NCBI GenBank assembly: GCA_963750165.1
Contig: CAVVPN010000012.1
Location: 32,001-96,000, forward strand
Length of the DNA: 64,000 nucleotides
Reading direction: 5' to 3'
From: an uncultured Gemmataceae bacterium
Lineage (GTDB): Bacteria > Planctomycetota > Planctomycetia > Gemmatales > Gemmataceae
This document shows, piece after piece, positions 63,033 to 64,000 of the stretch. How positions within the stretch are numbered: the stretch's first letter is position 1; every line of letters begins with the position of its first letter. Both the position numbers and the translations under genes were made by a program. Below the pieces are notes generated by a model that was not told the origin of the DNA, did not search any database, and saw only the letters and a program-made list of their open reading frames with translations.

Positions 63033-64000
63033 CCCCGGGGACCACGCCCCCCGTCGCTTGTTACCGGCGCGATGGGGTGGGGTGGCGCCGGACCCCCGGA
63101 CCAAATATCGGATTTTCAAATTCGCCGGGATCGGGACTTGTCCGAATTCTGCGGCGTCGGCTGCTCTCGGAGCCGCCGGCGCCGCTCCAAGGTGTCGTTG
63201 TCCTGAGTGGCGCGGACGGTAAGGCGTGAACGGCGGCTGCTCGGGAAGCCGAGGGGTCGATTTTTCAGCGCGCTTCTTGCAATCCGTCCCCCGGGCGGTT
63301 ACGCTCGGCGGCGGGCGCTGAGCCAGCACCCGCCGCCGAGCGGAAAACCCGTGTGGCAAACTTTGTATCGCGCGGCGCGCGCTGATCCCATTTTCGGCCG
63401 TGGTGGTGTCGGCCAGGTGTCCGGCGTGGAGGCGAACCAGTGACTTCTGTGATTGCCCCGCTGATCGGTTTCGTCTTCACCGTCATCGGGTGGGTCATCC
63501 GGCCGTTCGTGGAAGATTTCGTAGTCTGGTGGTTCCCGCCTTGGTCGGCCTTACTATCCGGCTATTACCGAACGGAGTGGGAGTACGTCAGTGATGACGC
63601 GAACCGGGAGCGTGTTCGTGTGTTAGATATTATCCAGGTTGAGCAAGGGTGGAGACGGATCCGCGGCCAAGTCATGTTCTCGACCAACGCGCACCGACGG
63701 TACAAGTTTGAGGGCGCCGTGGTCAACGAGGGGACTCCCCGCCGCTACGTCGGCCGGTGGCGCAACTTGACCGAGTCTTATACCGGGGATTTTGGACACT
63801 CTAGCACCATGGGTGACCGAATTGGCGTCCGAGGTAAGCATTCGGTAAACCGGTTCGTTGAGCGTTCGGCCGTGCGCGCACCCGCGCTTCAGTCGGCCCG
63901 TGGCAAGGGGGCGACCTGGCGCTCCACGCTGGTTTCCCCCCAGCGATGCCCTACGACGTGTTGCTCCCGGACTTGGCCTCCGCCAAGGACCAGCGGCCGC

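Larger units (their letters stand above)
49700..64000. mobile_element. Integrated phage-satellite/PICI-like element next to tRNA-Arg (right boundary not seen)
   Basis: Integrase, excisionase, prim-pol/helicase, iteron repeats and XRE repressor; no capsid or tail genes seen. Confidence 0.75.

Noticed and set aside
63033..64000. Short ORFs after the XRE gene
   Set aside because: None has a recognisable motif or convincing start, so they are left unannotated.

Overview
High-GC bacterial DNA. The gene content and repeat style point to a planctomycete, probably Gemmataceae (inference): LE.R..P extracellular-motif proteins, many WD40 proteins, an ECF sigma/anti-sigma pair and many REP-like hairpins. 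Positions 1-49,700 are mostly chromosomal backbone: ligA, glmS, a DUF4105 + cNMP-patatin pair, tRNA-Pro, GT4, ilvC, crotonase/AtuA-like genes, UbiD, a TolC-RND-MFP pump, secreted repeat proteins, an Rpn/DUF4351 gene with a separate copy of its C-terminal domain, an enolase-family enzyme, lactate permease and WD40 genes. This part also holds a low-GC HEAT-repeat cassette beside a truncated RAYT transposase, split by an ISAzo13-family element. From tRNA-Arg(TCT) at 49,624-49,696 to the window end lies an integrated satellite/PICI-like element: tyrosine integrase, excisionase, primase-helicase, an iteron-like origin, a 50-aa Lys/Gly peptide, a PLD-like nuclease, a chimeric gene fused to the C-terminal half of HsdR, an ART-fold gene, and a SWIM-finger gene split by a nested IS-in-IS. 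It also carries an XRE repressor with overlapping opposed promoters and three operator-like boxes. Many genes, including essential ligA, carry single frameshifts, so most are probably sequencing or consensus errors. All product calls come from recognising motifs by eye, not from database searches.
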